64,000 bases of DNA from Psilocybe cubensis (GCA_017499595.2 CM038998.1:3472001-3536000), one strand, 5' to 3'; numbered from the stretch's first letter, positions 1 to 12,711 are shown. Translations and numbers: made by a program. Notes: generated by a model from the letters alone, not told the origin.

Positions 1-428
1 TTGTGTCGGTTGCATACATATGAGTACTAAGAAGGGATCTGACCTTTGTACCACGCAGCAGAGACAGTTTTGAAAGTGACCCATGCAAGGATATACCGCA
101 AAGAGGATAAGAGAAGTAAGAAATGGCCAGAAGCCCAGAGATAGTGCTGTGAACAGAATCTGAGTGCTAGTTCAGATTAAGGTCATAACCTTTCTAAGAA
201 TCACCTGAGTAGTTGCCATCGAAAGGGCCGGAAACTTGTAAAGAAGTGACTGTACAGTTCAAGAATGCAAATAAAAGGGAGACCGGTGAAAACACAGTGT
301 CAAAGGGGGACCTCGGTGTAAAGCGCAGGGCGAGTTTTCCAACCAAATTAAACGTGGCGTCACTCTTAGTCACGTGCTCAGGACGTCACAACAGAAGTCA
401 TCATTCGGCGTCAAAGGTCAAAACATAA

Positions 429-2515
429 CTATCTACTCCAATTCTTGCCCAACTTCTTCATCTCCTGGCCTTTCCGGTACATATCCTTATCAACAGCCTT
501 CTTTCCCAGTGTCTCCATGCGTTTCGATTTTTCTTTCACACGCATTGGGCCCCGCACTGAACCATCTCCAACTTGACCGCTTCCCTTGTGCTTTTTAGGA
601 CTCTCCGAGTCTGACGCATCCTCGTCAGACACTGCACTGTCTTCGTCGCGACGTCTCTTATCTCCTACACGAGCCGATTGGCCCTTACCAGGACCAACAG
701 CAAGATTGACGCGAGGAGGTACTTTGAAGCCGAATGCTTTGGCAATTTTTGTCAAGTCCAATGCGTTCACATCGAAGATCTTTTTCAGAGAATACGAGGC
801 ATATGACTGCAAGTATGCGCGGTAACCACTTGTGGCTGATCGATACAGATTGTAGTTTTTCTCTAGGAGATTCTCCAACTATATCGGTAAATCGTCAATT
901 GTGCACAACTCTCCCATGACAAGACGAACATACCTGAGCTTGAACATTCTCGATTCGATTAGCTGGGAATACAAATTCGTTCAGAGGAACTTTGGATTCC
1001 TTGAGATATCTCAAGAACCCAAGCTCGCTCTCCAGGAGGAATAACAAACTTTTCCCGACTTTGCCTGCTCTCGCCGTTCGTCCTACTCTGTGAATGTAAT
1101 CGCGAGGGTCATCAGGAGGATCGTACTGGACGATGTAATCCACACGAGGGATATCAAGTCCACGGGCAGCAACATCAGTACATAGCAAGATTCCGGATTC
1201 CGCGTTGATAAATTCAAAGAATGTGTTAGTTCTTTTTTGTTGCTTTTGTTTGCCCTATAATAAATATGTTACATTCGTCGTTACCTTCAGTATATGATAA
1301 AAACGTACATGTAGATCCAGGACAGGTACATCGATATAGTTTAGCAATTCTGAATGATATTTTACAGAATTGCAACTGGAGAAGAAGACAATAACTTTCT
1401 TCTTCAGATTCTTTTTTAAGAAGGTGAAGAGGAGGAGGAAGCGGCGTTCAGAAGGACAAACGACGTAGCCTTGTGAAAGAGTGGCTACCGTGCTGGTAGC
1501 TTCCTCTTTGTCAACATCAATATGAACAGGTCCAGGTCGTAGTGATATCCGGGCAAGATCTGTGACTTTTGTGGTTTGTGTGGCAGAGAACAGCATTGAT
1601 TGACGTTCATCTGTGTAAAAAATGGTGTAAGGCTCAAGAAATTTAACCAAGGGACCAATGAACCTTTTGGCAGCATAGCAATGATATCCTTCATCTGCTG
1701 CTCGAACCCGATTTCCAATATCCGATCGGCTTCGTCGATGACGAGGGCTTTGAGATTTCTTCTCACAAATCCTTTTGTATCCTAGAGAAATATTACGGTC
1801 ATAAACAATGATGCCCAAATTTTGGGGTCAAACTCACTCTCAAATGATCCCAAAGACGTCCTGGTGTAGCCACGAGGAGATTCACTCCCTTGACCAGCTT
1901 CTCCTCTTCCGCTCTCCGATTTGCACCTCCAATTACAATTCCAAATGTTTGCGAATGATATTTCATGAGATCCCTGGCTACACCGAAGATCTGGAGAGCC
2001 AGTTCTCTTGTGGGAGTGATGATAATGATACCCGTTCCGTTCATAGGCTTGAATTTGAGGCGGTGAAGGAGTTCGACGGCGGGAATGAGGAAAGCTAGTG
2101 TTTTGCCGGATCCTGTGCGAGCAGCACCGAGAACATCTTTGCCTGCGAGCAGTACGGGGATAGATTTAGCTTGCACAGCAGTCATCGTAGTCATGCCCAT
2201 CTCCTCAAGTGCGCGAGAGGTAGGCGCGGAAAGGCCTAGTGTTGAGAATGGGATTCGAGCGGTCTTGGAGTTTGAATCGGAGGGGGCTTGCTCGGGGGCG
2301 GCCTTTGATTTGGAACTGGATTTTTTAGATTCTGAAGAAGCCTCGGTAGCATCAGGAGTAGCAACATCGGAAGTGGAGGCAGAAGTGGAGGCAGAGGCGG
2401 AGGCAGAGGCAGAAGTCGTAGGTTCATTCGCAGTTTCCTCTTGATCCTTGAGTTTTTGCTTGCTTTTCTTCTTGCTCAACTTTGAGCTACTAGAAACAGG
2501 CTCGTCCGGTGACAT
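429..2515 (-). CDS. HAS1: DEAD-box RNA helicase Has1/DDX18 (ribosome biogenesis), multi-exon
   Basis: Motif I ARTGSGKT, Ia [43 protein letters not shown]; Has1-type C-terminal [17 protein letters not shown]; pieces joined by GT-AG introns. Confidence 0.95.
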
Positions 2516-2764
2516 GTTGAAGTACTTTGTGTGCAGTATAGATGAGTAATATTCTAAGGGTATCCAGAAATAAAGAGAGATAGTGTCGTCGAAAAGGCCA
2601 GAATACTTAAGAAATGATGCTCAAGACAGAAAATTCCTTCGGCACTTGCCGAGTTTGTTTATGATATGGTTTCTTGATCGGGGTATGCACTTTCTCTATA
2701 TCCATGCCCTCCTCCGCCGCTCTAATATCTCAGAGCAAGTAGGCTTCGTGATTTCTCTGTTGCC

Positions 2765-3662
2765 ATGTCTGACGTTATACGTAAAGTTTTTCTGGGTCTT
2801 GTTCTCTCACTAGCGTCCGTTGGTGTAGGATATCAGGTTGGCGCGTTAACAACACGCGTCAAGTCGAATCCGAATCTTAAAGAGGAATTGAAAGAAAGTC
2901 CTCCAGCGATTGAAGAGGAGGAGGTTGACGAACAAGCCATATCCGATGGAGATCTCAAATGCCCAATCGGCTTCATGGAACCTTGCAAATTGGTATGTTC
3001 GAAGGCCATCATCAACGCTTAAAACCCTCATGACATGTAGGTACTCGTTGTTCGTACAGACCTTAAGTTGACCCCAGCCAGCATCGCTACTCAGTTGAGT
3101 TCATACTACGTCATGCTATCATAGAAAATTCTATTGATGTTTTCTTCTCTTCAACAGATGCTGGTGCGCGCCTACCTACTCTTTTAGAGCTGAGGAATAA
3201 CACATTTTCTAGCCATGCAACATTAGCATGCTATAAAGCTCTCAGCAAGAAGAATTCATCCGTTTGTATCCACTATTCTCTAGACGAACTCTGATTTGAC
3301 TTTTTCTCCTTCTCATCAGCTTGCGTATCAATGGGAGGTTTTAGGGTAATCGAACAATGCTATCTGTTCCAACGAGGAATTGACCGATGTACATCTTTCA
3401 AACTGCCAGACAGGCCAAAATTGCTCTCAAAGCTAAATCAGAAGACCAGCTGCTAGAATTGGAGGCGATTGCAAAAAGTTTGAACCTTTGTGCACGATAT
3501 GTAACAGATCCGTGCGTGTTGTTCTTTGTTCGCCTGTCAGTTTTTCTAATATCATGTTTCTGTGCCAATAGCGAGAGAGATAATGAACGCAGTATATTGG
3601 GAATAGGGCCAGGTCCAGTTGGACTTATAAACGAGGTTACTGGGAAACTGCGCCTTCTATAA
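2765..3662 (+). CDS. Peptidyl-tRNA hydrolase 2 (Pth2)-family protein with N-terminal membrane anchor; catalytic motifs degenerate
   Basis: N-terminal hydrophobic segment; spliced CKLVLVVRTDL..IATQCCHATLACYK, GQAKIALK, ILGIGPGP..INEVTGKLRLL; includes a 6-nt exon at 3158-3163. Confidence 0.85.
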
Positions 3663-3835
3663 CCTATGCAAACGGTTACTTGTCGCCAATATGTAACATA
3701 GCTCAGCGTTGAGTATTATATATATTACAAAGTAAAGTGGTATTAATTTCTAGGTACCAGCCCCATTGCGAAGATGGCGTCACATTCATTCATAAGTTCG
3801 ATCGTGTTGCCGGAGGTAACACACCGGACATGGAC

Positions 3836-4495
3836 CTACTTCGACCTCATGCGCACAACCCTAATTATTCTCGACTTTCCTAGTTTTCTGGTGGAGGTCG
3901 TCGTCGTGATGACTGGGCTCCCGGCAGACCCGCTGCTTGCACTACCGCCCGAGCCTGCGTTGTCTGTGAACGAAGGTCAAATCAACCATCGTTTATTCAC
4001 CTCTGTGAATTGCTAAAAGGATGTACCTGAAAACAGTTCGAGAAGGCCTCCAGAGGCTACTGTGTCTCCTCCTTTTGCAATCCCTCCTGCACCACTGTAC
4101 GTGTTGCCAACACTGTTGGCATTCGTTCCACCTGAAGAACTTCCATCCGTGTTGCTGCCTCCGACCTGCAGAGATGAAGGTAGGATAGCAGAAGCTGTGC
4201 CTGAGTTGGCAGATTTTCCATTTCCCCCATTTCCTATGAATGATAACTTTGAGTCTTTTTGGAACCGTTATTCATTGCTGAAACTCGTACCAGAAAATAA
4301 TTTGAGGAGGTTCCCGCCATTGAAAATACTTTTTGGAGCGTTGCTCTCGCTGAGGACACTACCTCCCGACGCGTCGCCGGCAGTTCCAGTATAGGCATTG
4401 TTGACTTGGTTGCTGTTATCCGGAACAGGCGCGGCAATAGTGAGATGGTAGGATGCGAAGAGAATGAGTACGGCGGCTCGTGTGTAAGAAGGCAT
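3836..4495 (-). CDS. Small secreted Gly/Ser/Asn-rich protein with an internal duplicated repeat, 3 exons
   Basis: Signal peptide MPSYTRAAVLILFASYHLTIA-APVP; two GT-AG introns give a continuous frame ending IIRVVRMRSK-stop at 3836. Confidence 0.7.
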
Positions 4496-5106
4496 AGCGT
4501 TCTTCCTTTCCAATTAGAGTAAGTAAACTTGAGAATAGATGTGGAATAGGGTGTTGTGCAGTGATAGTATTGTTGACAGTGCCCGCCTAGAAATGTAGAA
4601 TAGAATGTGCAGTGTAGTTTGAGAAAGAGATAGGGCTGTTATGATTTTACTTATACAAGGCATTTTGTACTTTTCCAATGGCGGCTGACTTGGAGGGCTG
4701 ACACTGGCAGAGGCTGACGCTGATCAAACGCTGATAGGACTTTAGACGCGTGCAGTTTCGCGCGTGCGCGCACGTCACGTGTCAGATCTTGCATTATGCC
4801 GCCGGTCTTGGCAGGTTCGGCAGATCTCCATCGAAATAAATCGAAATGCATTGACCAAGTTGAGTGGAGACTGCCTCCTCCTCCACTCCGATGACCTAAA
4901 ATTCTCCAAGGGTACGCACTCGTTTCTCTGACCTATAATACCCCACATTTTTGGATGTGATCGTTCAAAACCACAAAACCCCCAAGTTTCTCCTTTCCAA
5001 CGCATACCCACTCAAAGCTTTATTTCATATCGTACCCTTGTCTCGAACAACCCTTTCTAACCTGACCTACGAAGACATATAGTAAATCAATAGCTGCCCG
5101 TACAAT

Positions 5107-6111
5107 ATGGCAGCCCTTACTTTAGCACGCGCCTATCAGCACTCTTTCGACACCCATCCGTACTCCACTCTCGCAGTTACGGGAGGATGCCTGAATGCCC
5201 TTGGGGACGTTGTGGCCCAAGTCGCACAACGAACGGTCAGTTCATTTCCCCCATGATGCTTCATCTCATAGAAACTGACCAATACTACGCGATGCTACCT
5301 GCAGGTTGGCCGAGGAGAGAAGGAAGATGTTCCTAAATATGATGTCACACGAACTGCCCGTTTCTTCGCATATGGCGTTATGATAAGTGAGGATTTTGCA
5401 TCTTTGTGGTGTTTCTGTATGTGCTCATGAATTAACATCTCGACTTCAATAGGTCCATTCATGGGCCGGTGGAATTTGTTCCTCGAAAGACGCTTTCCGT
5501 TACGAGCTATAAAGGGAACAAATAAAGTATCCCTCAATGCTCTAGGGAAACGTGTCGCAGCCGATCAGCTATTCATGTACGCACCGCTCACAGCTCCTCA
5601 TTCCGTCTATGTTGGTGACTTACATTTGTGAACAATGCAGGGCTCCTTTGGGTGTACGTTTACCTTCGTGTGCAATTTCTTTGCGGAAGACTAACTAAAC
5701 ATGTAAACACAGTTGGCAATATTCTTAAGTTCAATGGGTATCATGGAAGGTCGTAGTCCCCGTCAGATAGGCAACCGGTTCAAGGATCTCTACAGCACTG
5801 CTCTTATAGCCAACTGGAGAGTATGGCCTCTCGCCCAGGTAGTAACAAAGCTTCTTTCGATCTCCATTACTCCCACTGATCTCTTCGGTTTTAGCTTATC
5901 AACTTCCGATACATGCCCCTGCCATATCGTGTCCCATTTTCGCAAGCATGTGGAGTGTTCTGGACACTGTATCTCTCCATCCTAAATTCCGAGTACGTCA
6001 TTGTGACTCGTTAACCGAAGTCAATTCTGATGGGAATGATTGCCGTGCAGAGAAGACGTGCGACAAGACAAAGAGCTTGCGGACCGGCGCCAAAAAGTTT
6101 TGAACTCATGA
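5107..6111 (+). CDS. Mpv17/PMP22 (Sym1-like) membrane protein
   Basis: Spliced protein MAALTLARAYQHSFDTHPY..LGDVVAQ..YDVTRTARFF..RVAADQLFMAP..ANWRVWPLAQLINFRYMP..FWTLYLSILN. Confidence 0.85.
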
Positions 6112-6513
6112 AACAGGTGCCATTATGGGGGACCTACGTCCTCAAACCCTCCTCAGCTTGCATCATATTGCATTAACATATATTCGTGTTGTATCATTTT
6201 TTACTGTTTACACTTACCTTATATTCTTACCTAGTCAGATATCATGACGTCATCGTGTAGCTTTAGAAACCATCAACATTTCATTTCATTTTTTTGCTGC
6301 AATTTCCCCCAATCCATGTTCGCCATTTAATATGTTATTAGTTGGGTGTAGTCTGTTACCTGCATTCCTTTTAGATACGTAGAATCACTTCGGGAATTAG
6401 ATTTTCGGTGCATTTCTCAATGATTCAAACACTTTTTTCTGTAAGTCAACTCGCGAATGATATGCAAGGGAAATGGCATTGAGTGATTGTTGATTATGTA
6501 TTGTTAACGACAA

Positions 6514-9500
6514 TCATGACGCGCCGTACTTGTGTTTGAAGTATGCAGGCGGTAGCGTCAACAGCACATCCACAAGCGGCCTTTCTACCACCACCAATTC
6601 ATCCTTTGCCAGGAAATCACAGCACAATAGCGGGCGGTACTGAGTGATCATTTTGTAGTCTCTCCACTGTCTTTCCTCTTCTGCACCAGGCACCGGCGCA
6701 ATCTCGCGTCGCCTCTTCTTAGCGCCGGAGCGCACGGTGGTATCGAGGCTCACCTTGAACATCCACGTCGCACCCCAGAAGAGCACGTACCGCGTCTTGC
6801 CCTGTTCATCAATGCCAGAGCTGGATGTTACAGCTGGATCGAAGGAGACGCCAAGCACAGGGTCATGTGCATGAGTGAATCGTTTAGGCAGGCTAGCGGC
6901 GAGTTCTTTTCCCCAGACAGGGAACTGGCGTGTCTCAACATCAAATATCTGGATAGAGTTGTCGGGGAAGGAGAGCAGGAGAACTGAAGGATGCATAGGA
7001 TCAAATGCGAGTGCTTGTGCGGAACGTGGGAAGGTTGGGAGGACGCAGTGATGCTGAAAGCAAAGTTAGACAGCGTCAAATTTTTCACAATCAAAAGTCA
7101 AAACTCACTGAAATCAAATCTAGGTTGAAAATGTGCGTTCTGGCACGGCTGTCGGTCGTCGCAAGCCATTGGCCGTCAGTACTCACAGCTATCCTATCAA
7201 CGCTGACAGTTGCAGATGTAGAGCTGACGTCCTGATCGTCATCTTCGTCATCAGATGCTTCGCTTGCTTCATTGGCCGGGGGAGGGGACTCGACATCTGG
7301 TTCAGCCATATCAACATCCATACTTGCGTCGCCATTGACATGCGTGTGTCCATTCACGAGCTTCTTCTCAGCACTATCGAGCGCTAGTGTTCGACCTTTG
7401 ACAACTCGATCGTGAACGATGGAATCTCGTAACCGGTGTTGATCGAAGCGGCGCATTACGCGTGGCTTGTCTCCTATTAGGTTGATGACCAGGACATAAG
7501 ATGAGAGGGCGGTGGACATAATTAGTTTGGATGAATCGGGGGTGAATTGGAAAGCACTGGCGCCAGTAGATATTGCATGACTTGGAGAAGCGGGGATGTA
7601 TGCTTGTAGAATAGACGAAAACTCTTTTATTCGCTTGAGGCCGATTTCACCCTTATCCTAAAGACAGACTTCAGCAAGAATCTTTAAAACATTTTTTGTT
7701 AATACTCACGTCTGTGGTAAGAGCGAAGAGCTTGCTTTCGTACAAGTCCGAAACGATAAGCCATCTACCGTCATCCGAAATTTCGTGGGTGGTTATATTT
7801 GTGTTGACTTTGAGGTCCATCTCAAGAACCTTTTCCCACCCACCAGCGTAAGGTTCTGTCTCCAAAGGATCGTCTGTGGGCCCCGATTGCATTTGCACAA
7901 CACCTGTACCCTCTTCCGGCTTTTTATGGATTCTCCAGACAGTGATTCCTGCTTCCCGTGCACATGATACCAAGCGAGTACTTCGAGCAACGCGCACAAC
8001 ACCTCTCGCGACAAAGGCCAGTTTACGGTGGTAGGAATCCTCAAAGGTAGATTCCGTGCTTGTATCCAATGGATTCGTAATTTTGACAACAGTACTCGTT
8101 GGGAGAGCAGCAGGAGTGAGCACGACGGACATATCGAGTCCCCCAGACGCAAGAATGGGAGCTACATCAATTGAAAAATGTCTCTTGTATGCTGTGGGTA
8201 GAGGAGTGTAGGGAGGCCACATAGCCAAGGCTCGCACGTCATGCGAATGCATACGACGGGAACACGTTTGTGTCCAACGCGACGTGGTGGGCCCGTTTTC
8301 AGTACTGGATGTCTTAACGAGGGAGAACTGAACGGTTTTTTGGTCAACGCCTGCAGTATAGATAGCCCTTCCTTCCTGGTTGAGAAATTATGATTAAGAA
8401 AATTTGCTAGAAGGATCGGAATAGACATACAGGACTAACGGCCATGCACAGAACATCGGCACCGTGGGCCTTGAAAGAAGACAATTGTGTGCAAGTCCTT
8501 GAATCCCAAAACTTGACCATTCCTAATGAGTCTCCAGATATTATTGTACCATCGCTGAGTGTGGACGATGAGATTTCAAAGTGGCCTAGAAATAGGGGGG
8601 AAAACATACCCAAGGACACCAACGGTCCAAACCAATGTGCGCTCTCCCCGTACTTTATCGACACCCATTCTCTCAATAACCCGTCCAGTTGAGATATCCC
8701 ATTTCCGTAGGCTGCTATCGGAGCATCCTGTAACTAACCATGAGTCGGTCCAATCGTCTTCTTCGTCGTCATCGCTAGAAGAATCGCCATCAAATTCCTG
8801 AGCTTTCTTAGCTTGCCGTTGTCGAGGTATGGGTGGTCCCCAGGCGATGCTCAGCATCCGGCACTTCACTCTATCGAACCGACGCGAGTGGGTCAAAGTA
8901 TCGTTCGCTATTGAGAGAATACGAACTGTGCCGTCTTCGCACCCCAGTGCGAGTGAAGAAGAGGATGGATTAGCGGCAATGGACCATATTGATCCACCTT
9001 GCGAATTTATGGTTCTCTGCGTCCAAAAAAATTTTTTTCAATATGTGCTCAAAGGGAAGTACAATCATCCTGCTCACGCGTATACACCCTCTTTCCAAGT
9101 CCCATTCAATTAATTCACTTCCTCCGCCTGAGCTAAACAGGCGAAGATCGGATTGCATAGGGACATCGTCGGGTCCCACGTCTTCTGGGTAACGCACAAC
9201 AAAGGCCAAAGAATCTACTTTTGAAGGGTACGGTCCAGGGAGAGTCTTGACATTATTGACAGGGTAAGCGACATGGAAGGAGTCGAGTTATTAAGTACAT
9301 ACTTTTCGCACCACCCAGGCCTGAGAACACTGAGACTCCCGTTCAGCACCCTGCCACTCGCATATGTCAATGTTCCCATTGGCATGGCCGACTGCGAGGA
9401 GGCCGAATCGTAGTGGCTGCTTCCCGGCGGTGGTTTTTTTCTTGCCTTTGACTGATGGCAAAGGGAGAGGCGGGTAGGCCAAGGCCGTTATGGCAGATGG

Positions 9501-9563
9501 AGCATAGTCGACGAAACGACAGCGATGGACGGAGAGTGTAGTGGTCTCCTTTCTCTTATCCAT
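6514..9563 (-). CDS. UTP4: U3 snoRNP t-UTP WD40 protein Utp4/cirhin
   Basis: N-terminal VHRCRFVDY signature, many WD repeats (SGDSLGMVKFWD, HGADVLC, HSHDVRA), C-terminal LVVVERP..LPPAYFKHKYG. Confidence 0.9.
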
Positions 9564-9753
9564 CTGCCTTTTAATATTTTAGAATAATGCAGGTGAGCAA
9601 TGAGCGAGCCCTGCGCGTCAGTACTTATGGATTGACAGAGTCCAAAACTTTTTTTCGGCTGCGAATCTGATCAAAAACGTGACCAGTCTAGTCCGGTTCG
9701 TGTCGCGCGGCGCGGCGTTCACCTTAACTCTTTGTCTCTACTTCATATTCACT

Positions 9754-10158
9754 ATGTCTTTCCTCAGAGGCAGTGCCCCAACGTCAGGTGGTAGTGGCGG
9801 CGTCAATGTCGACAAGATTGAAATGGCCATTACTGAGTGAGCTGCTCTGTTTCTTCCGACTCACAAACTCCCGAGTCTTATTTCATTCCATAGACTTGAC
9901 ACAGTGACGGATTTCTTCAACCGAATGGTCCAGTCAGTGGAGCGGGTATAGAGCACATGAATCCAACTAATCAGTATTCACAGATCGTGTCACACGAAGT
10001 GCATTGGTGCGCGCTATGCCGAGCCTGACCTGAATAAGGGAGAGAGCGCATGCATCGACCGATGCGTCGCAAAATTTAACGATGTCCAGAAGAAGGTCGG
10101 AGAGAAACTTCAAAGTCGCGGTGCTGCCAATGCAGCTGGCGGGTTCACACCTATGTAA
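9754..10158 (+). CDS. TIM10: Mitochondrial small Tim chaperone Tim10, 3 exons (absent from the ORF track)
   Basis: Spliced MSFLRG..EMAITELDTVTDFFNRMVQSCHTKCI..DLNKGESACIDRCVAKF with twin CX3C motif. Confidence 0.9.
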
Positions 10159-10337
10159 TCCCGCAAGTGGATGATACCTTCATACCAAGTATCATATACA
10201 TTCGACGCATCCACGAACGCCTTTCTATTACAATAACCGTCGAGAAAAGTATCACTCTTGCTGTAGACGATATAATCGATATAACATATACAATCAGACG
10301 GGCATCCAATATCCCCCCTCCTCCGAAAATGAAATCA

Positions 10338-10743
10338 TTACTTTCCGAAATTAGGGAAGCACTCTGCCATTGTCTTTGAGTGCTTGTTAGCAGAGTGTTC
10401 CTCGAGCCTATAGGTTTATATCAAGAGGCAAGACGTCAGAGTTCGTGTCAAATCCTAAATTTCTTGAAGCTTACGCAGGTGCGCGAGTTGTAATCAACTG
10501 GGTGCATATTCATATGTTAGTATTGAGAGGAGAGTAACACACAAAACTCACAAAATTCTGCCTGCAGACTCCACAGATGATGCTTTTAGCGGCCTCGTTG
10601 ATTTTGGCCTGACTTTTCGAGCCCTTGGGGGCATTCTTATCGGCATTGCGCTCACGCTTTTGTTGAGCTTTAGCTCCCTACACAATGACACGAAGATCAG
10701 TAGCCAACGATTTCTATCCACACTATTGACTCACGTTTCCCAT
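10338..10743 (-). CDS. Small SERF/ZNF706-like (DUF1909/At2g23090-type) C2H2 zinc-finger protein, 4 exons (absent from the ORF track)
   Basis: Spliced MGN|GAKAQQKRERNADKNAPKGSKSQAKINEAAKSIICGVCRQNF|LITTRAPA|LEEHSANKHSKTMAECFPNFGK-stop; first coding exon is 9 nt. Confidence 0.85.
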
Positions 10744-10983
10744 GATTAGTGTATAAAAGAAGGGGTATTGAGATATAAAGGAATATTAGGTCCGATAACG
10801 AAACGAGAGCAACGACAAGCAAGTGGAATGAAATCAAACAACCTCTGGACAGTCTCTCCAGAACAATCCAAAGTTTGTTCGCTTACCTAATATGATCATT
10901 CTCGATCCGGCTCCGGGACGACTATGCCGCCATCTCTCGTTGGAATTTGCTTTTCGTTAGAGGACAATGTGCAACTTTTATCG

Positions 10984-11000
10984 TGACTCTTTTTATATAA
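10984..11000 (+). promoter_or_regulatory. TGACTC (Gcn4/Cpc1-like core) plus TATATAA box upstream of threonine aldolase
   Basis: TGACTC at 10984-10989 and TATATAA at 10994-11000, just before the ATG at 11014. Confidence 0.45.
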
Positions 11001-11013
11001 GGGCGGGTTTCTC

Positions 11014-12711
11014 ATGACCTGCCGGTTTACTCTTTCCTTGCGGAACTTGACGTTACCAAGATCCATCATCAGTTGCAGAAGAACTATGTCTTCATTCGCC
11101 TCTATCGCAGATCAGCTCAAGTTCGACGTCGTCTCCAAGACTCATGCTCTGGACAATGCTAATAAGCGCAAGGACATAGCGCGTACTTTCATTTGTAAGC
11201 GATAAGCAAGTTTATCTCTTGAAGAGAAATTCTGATATTCTTCTACAAAGCCGATACTGTTACAGGTTGAGAGCTCTGATTTATTCAAATATGCACTCGG
11301 ATCTGAGTGCAGAATTCAGTGCCAACTGAGGAGATGTATTCTTACGCTACGCTCGCAACCTTGGGAGATGATGTCTACTTCGAGCCATCTACTGCGTTTG
11401 TCCACTCGGGTCAATTTTTTTCCACGAGCTGAACAAGACCCATTTCACAGTGCCCTGGAAGCCCATGTCGCAAAGATTACAGGCAAAGAAGCCGGTTTGT
11501 TCGTACCGTCTGGTACTGCATCAAACCAAATTGCACTGAGGACTCATCTTAAACAACCTCCATACTCTGTTTTGTGCGACCATCGTGCACATATTCACAA
11601 GTAAGGTCCATGTGTTTGATATCATTCTTTATATCAAACAATTTTAGGTACGAAGCAGGAGGTGCTGCCTTTCATTCCGGTGCTGCGGTAATTGCAGTTG
11701 TTCCGACTAACAGTATGAATGAATCATTACTCCACCCAGACGTCCACTATTAACGCGATACAGAGCATCATCTAACCCTCCAGGATGTCAAAGATAACAT
11801 CATCATAAGCAATGATACTCATTTGTAGGACATTGCTTACAATACTCTTTTGGAAAAAATACTCATATTTTTCAGTGCCCCAACAGAGGTTGTTGCTCTG
11901 GAAAATACTCTCAATGGGACCATCATCCCTCAGGAAGAGGTCATTGCTATCTCAGATTATGTCCATTCCTTAGGTTTGAAGTTACACCTTGATGGTGCCC
12001 GAATTTGGCACGTCGCTGCAGAAACATCGACCCCTCTAAAGGAATTGTGCGACCCATTCGACTCCGTGAGTCTGTGCTTCAGCAAAGGCCTTGGTACGAG
12101 CCCTTTTACGATATCATTCATGCAATGTTCCAACATTTATCTCTGGATTATAGGCGCACCTGTTGGATCGTGTCTAGTAGGCACTAAAGAGTTTATTACA
12201 AAAGCTCGATGGTTTCGCAAGCTCTTCGGAGGAGGCATGCGTCAGACAGGCATCCTTGCTGGCGCTGCCGCATATGCTTTGACACACAACTTTCCTCAAC
12301 TTCCACGGGTCCATGCTTTAGCCAAGCGGCTAGAAAGCGGTCTTGAAGAGATCGGGGCAAACATTTTAAGTAGGGCGGAAACTTGCATGGTTAGATTTTC
12401 GTTTAGGAGTGTTGTCATTGGTCTAACGAACATCTATGTTTATACAGATCTTCTATGATCCGTCTCCTCTTGGTGTTACTTATGACGAGATCGGTGACAG
12501 AGGATCGGCACTTCCTGAGCCCCTTTTCCTTGGTGGATCCCGCCTTGTAGTTCACATTCAAACATCGGACGCAGCCGTCGACGACTTTTTGAACATTGTT
12601 CGTCAACTTGCAGAAGAGAAGAAGGCCGCTGGTTTTGTCAGGCCTGAAGCTCAGGCCAACGGTGAGATCAAGGACGTCTATGTTAGACGTGTGCCAAAGG
12701 CGACAAAGTAG
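11014..12711 (+). CDS. GLY1: Low-specificity L-threonine aldolase (PLP-dependent)
   Basis: SDTVT, GDDVY, FVPSGTASNQIA, LHLDGARIW, SLCFSKGLGAPVGS (PLP lysine), RKLFGGGMRQ. Confidence 0.92.

Noticed and set aside
2370-2420. GAGGCA/GAAGTG-type tandem repeat
   Set aside because: Simply encodes the [14 protein letters not shown] low-complexity linker of Has1; likewise the ATGAACGG repeats near 59994-60036 encode MNG repeats of the RBM26-like protein.
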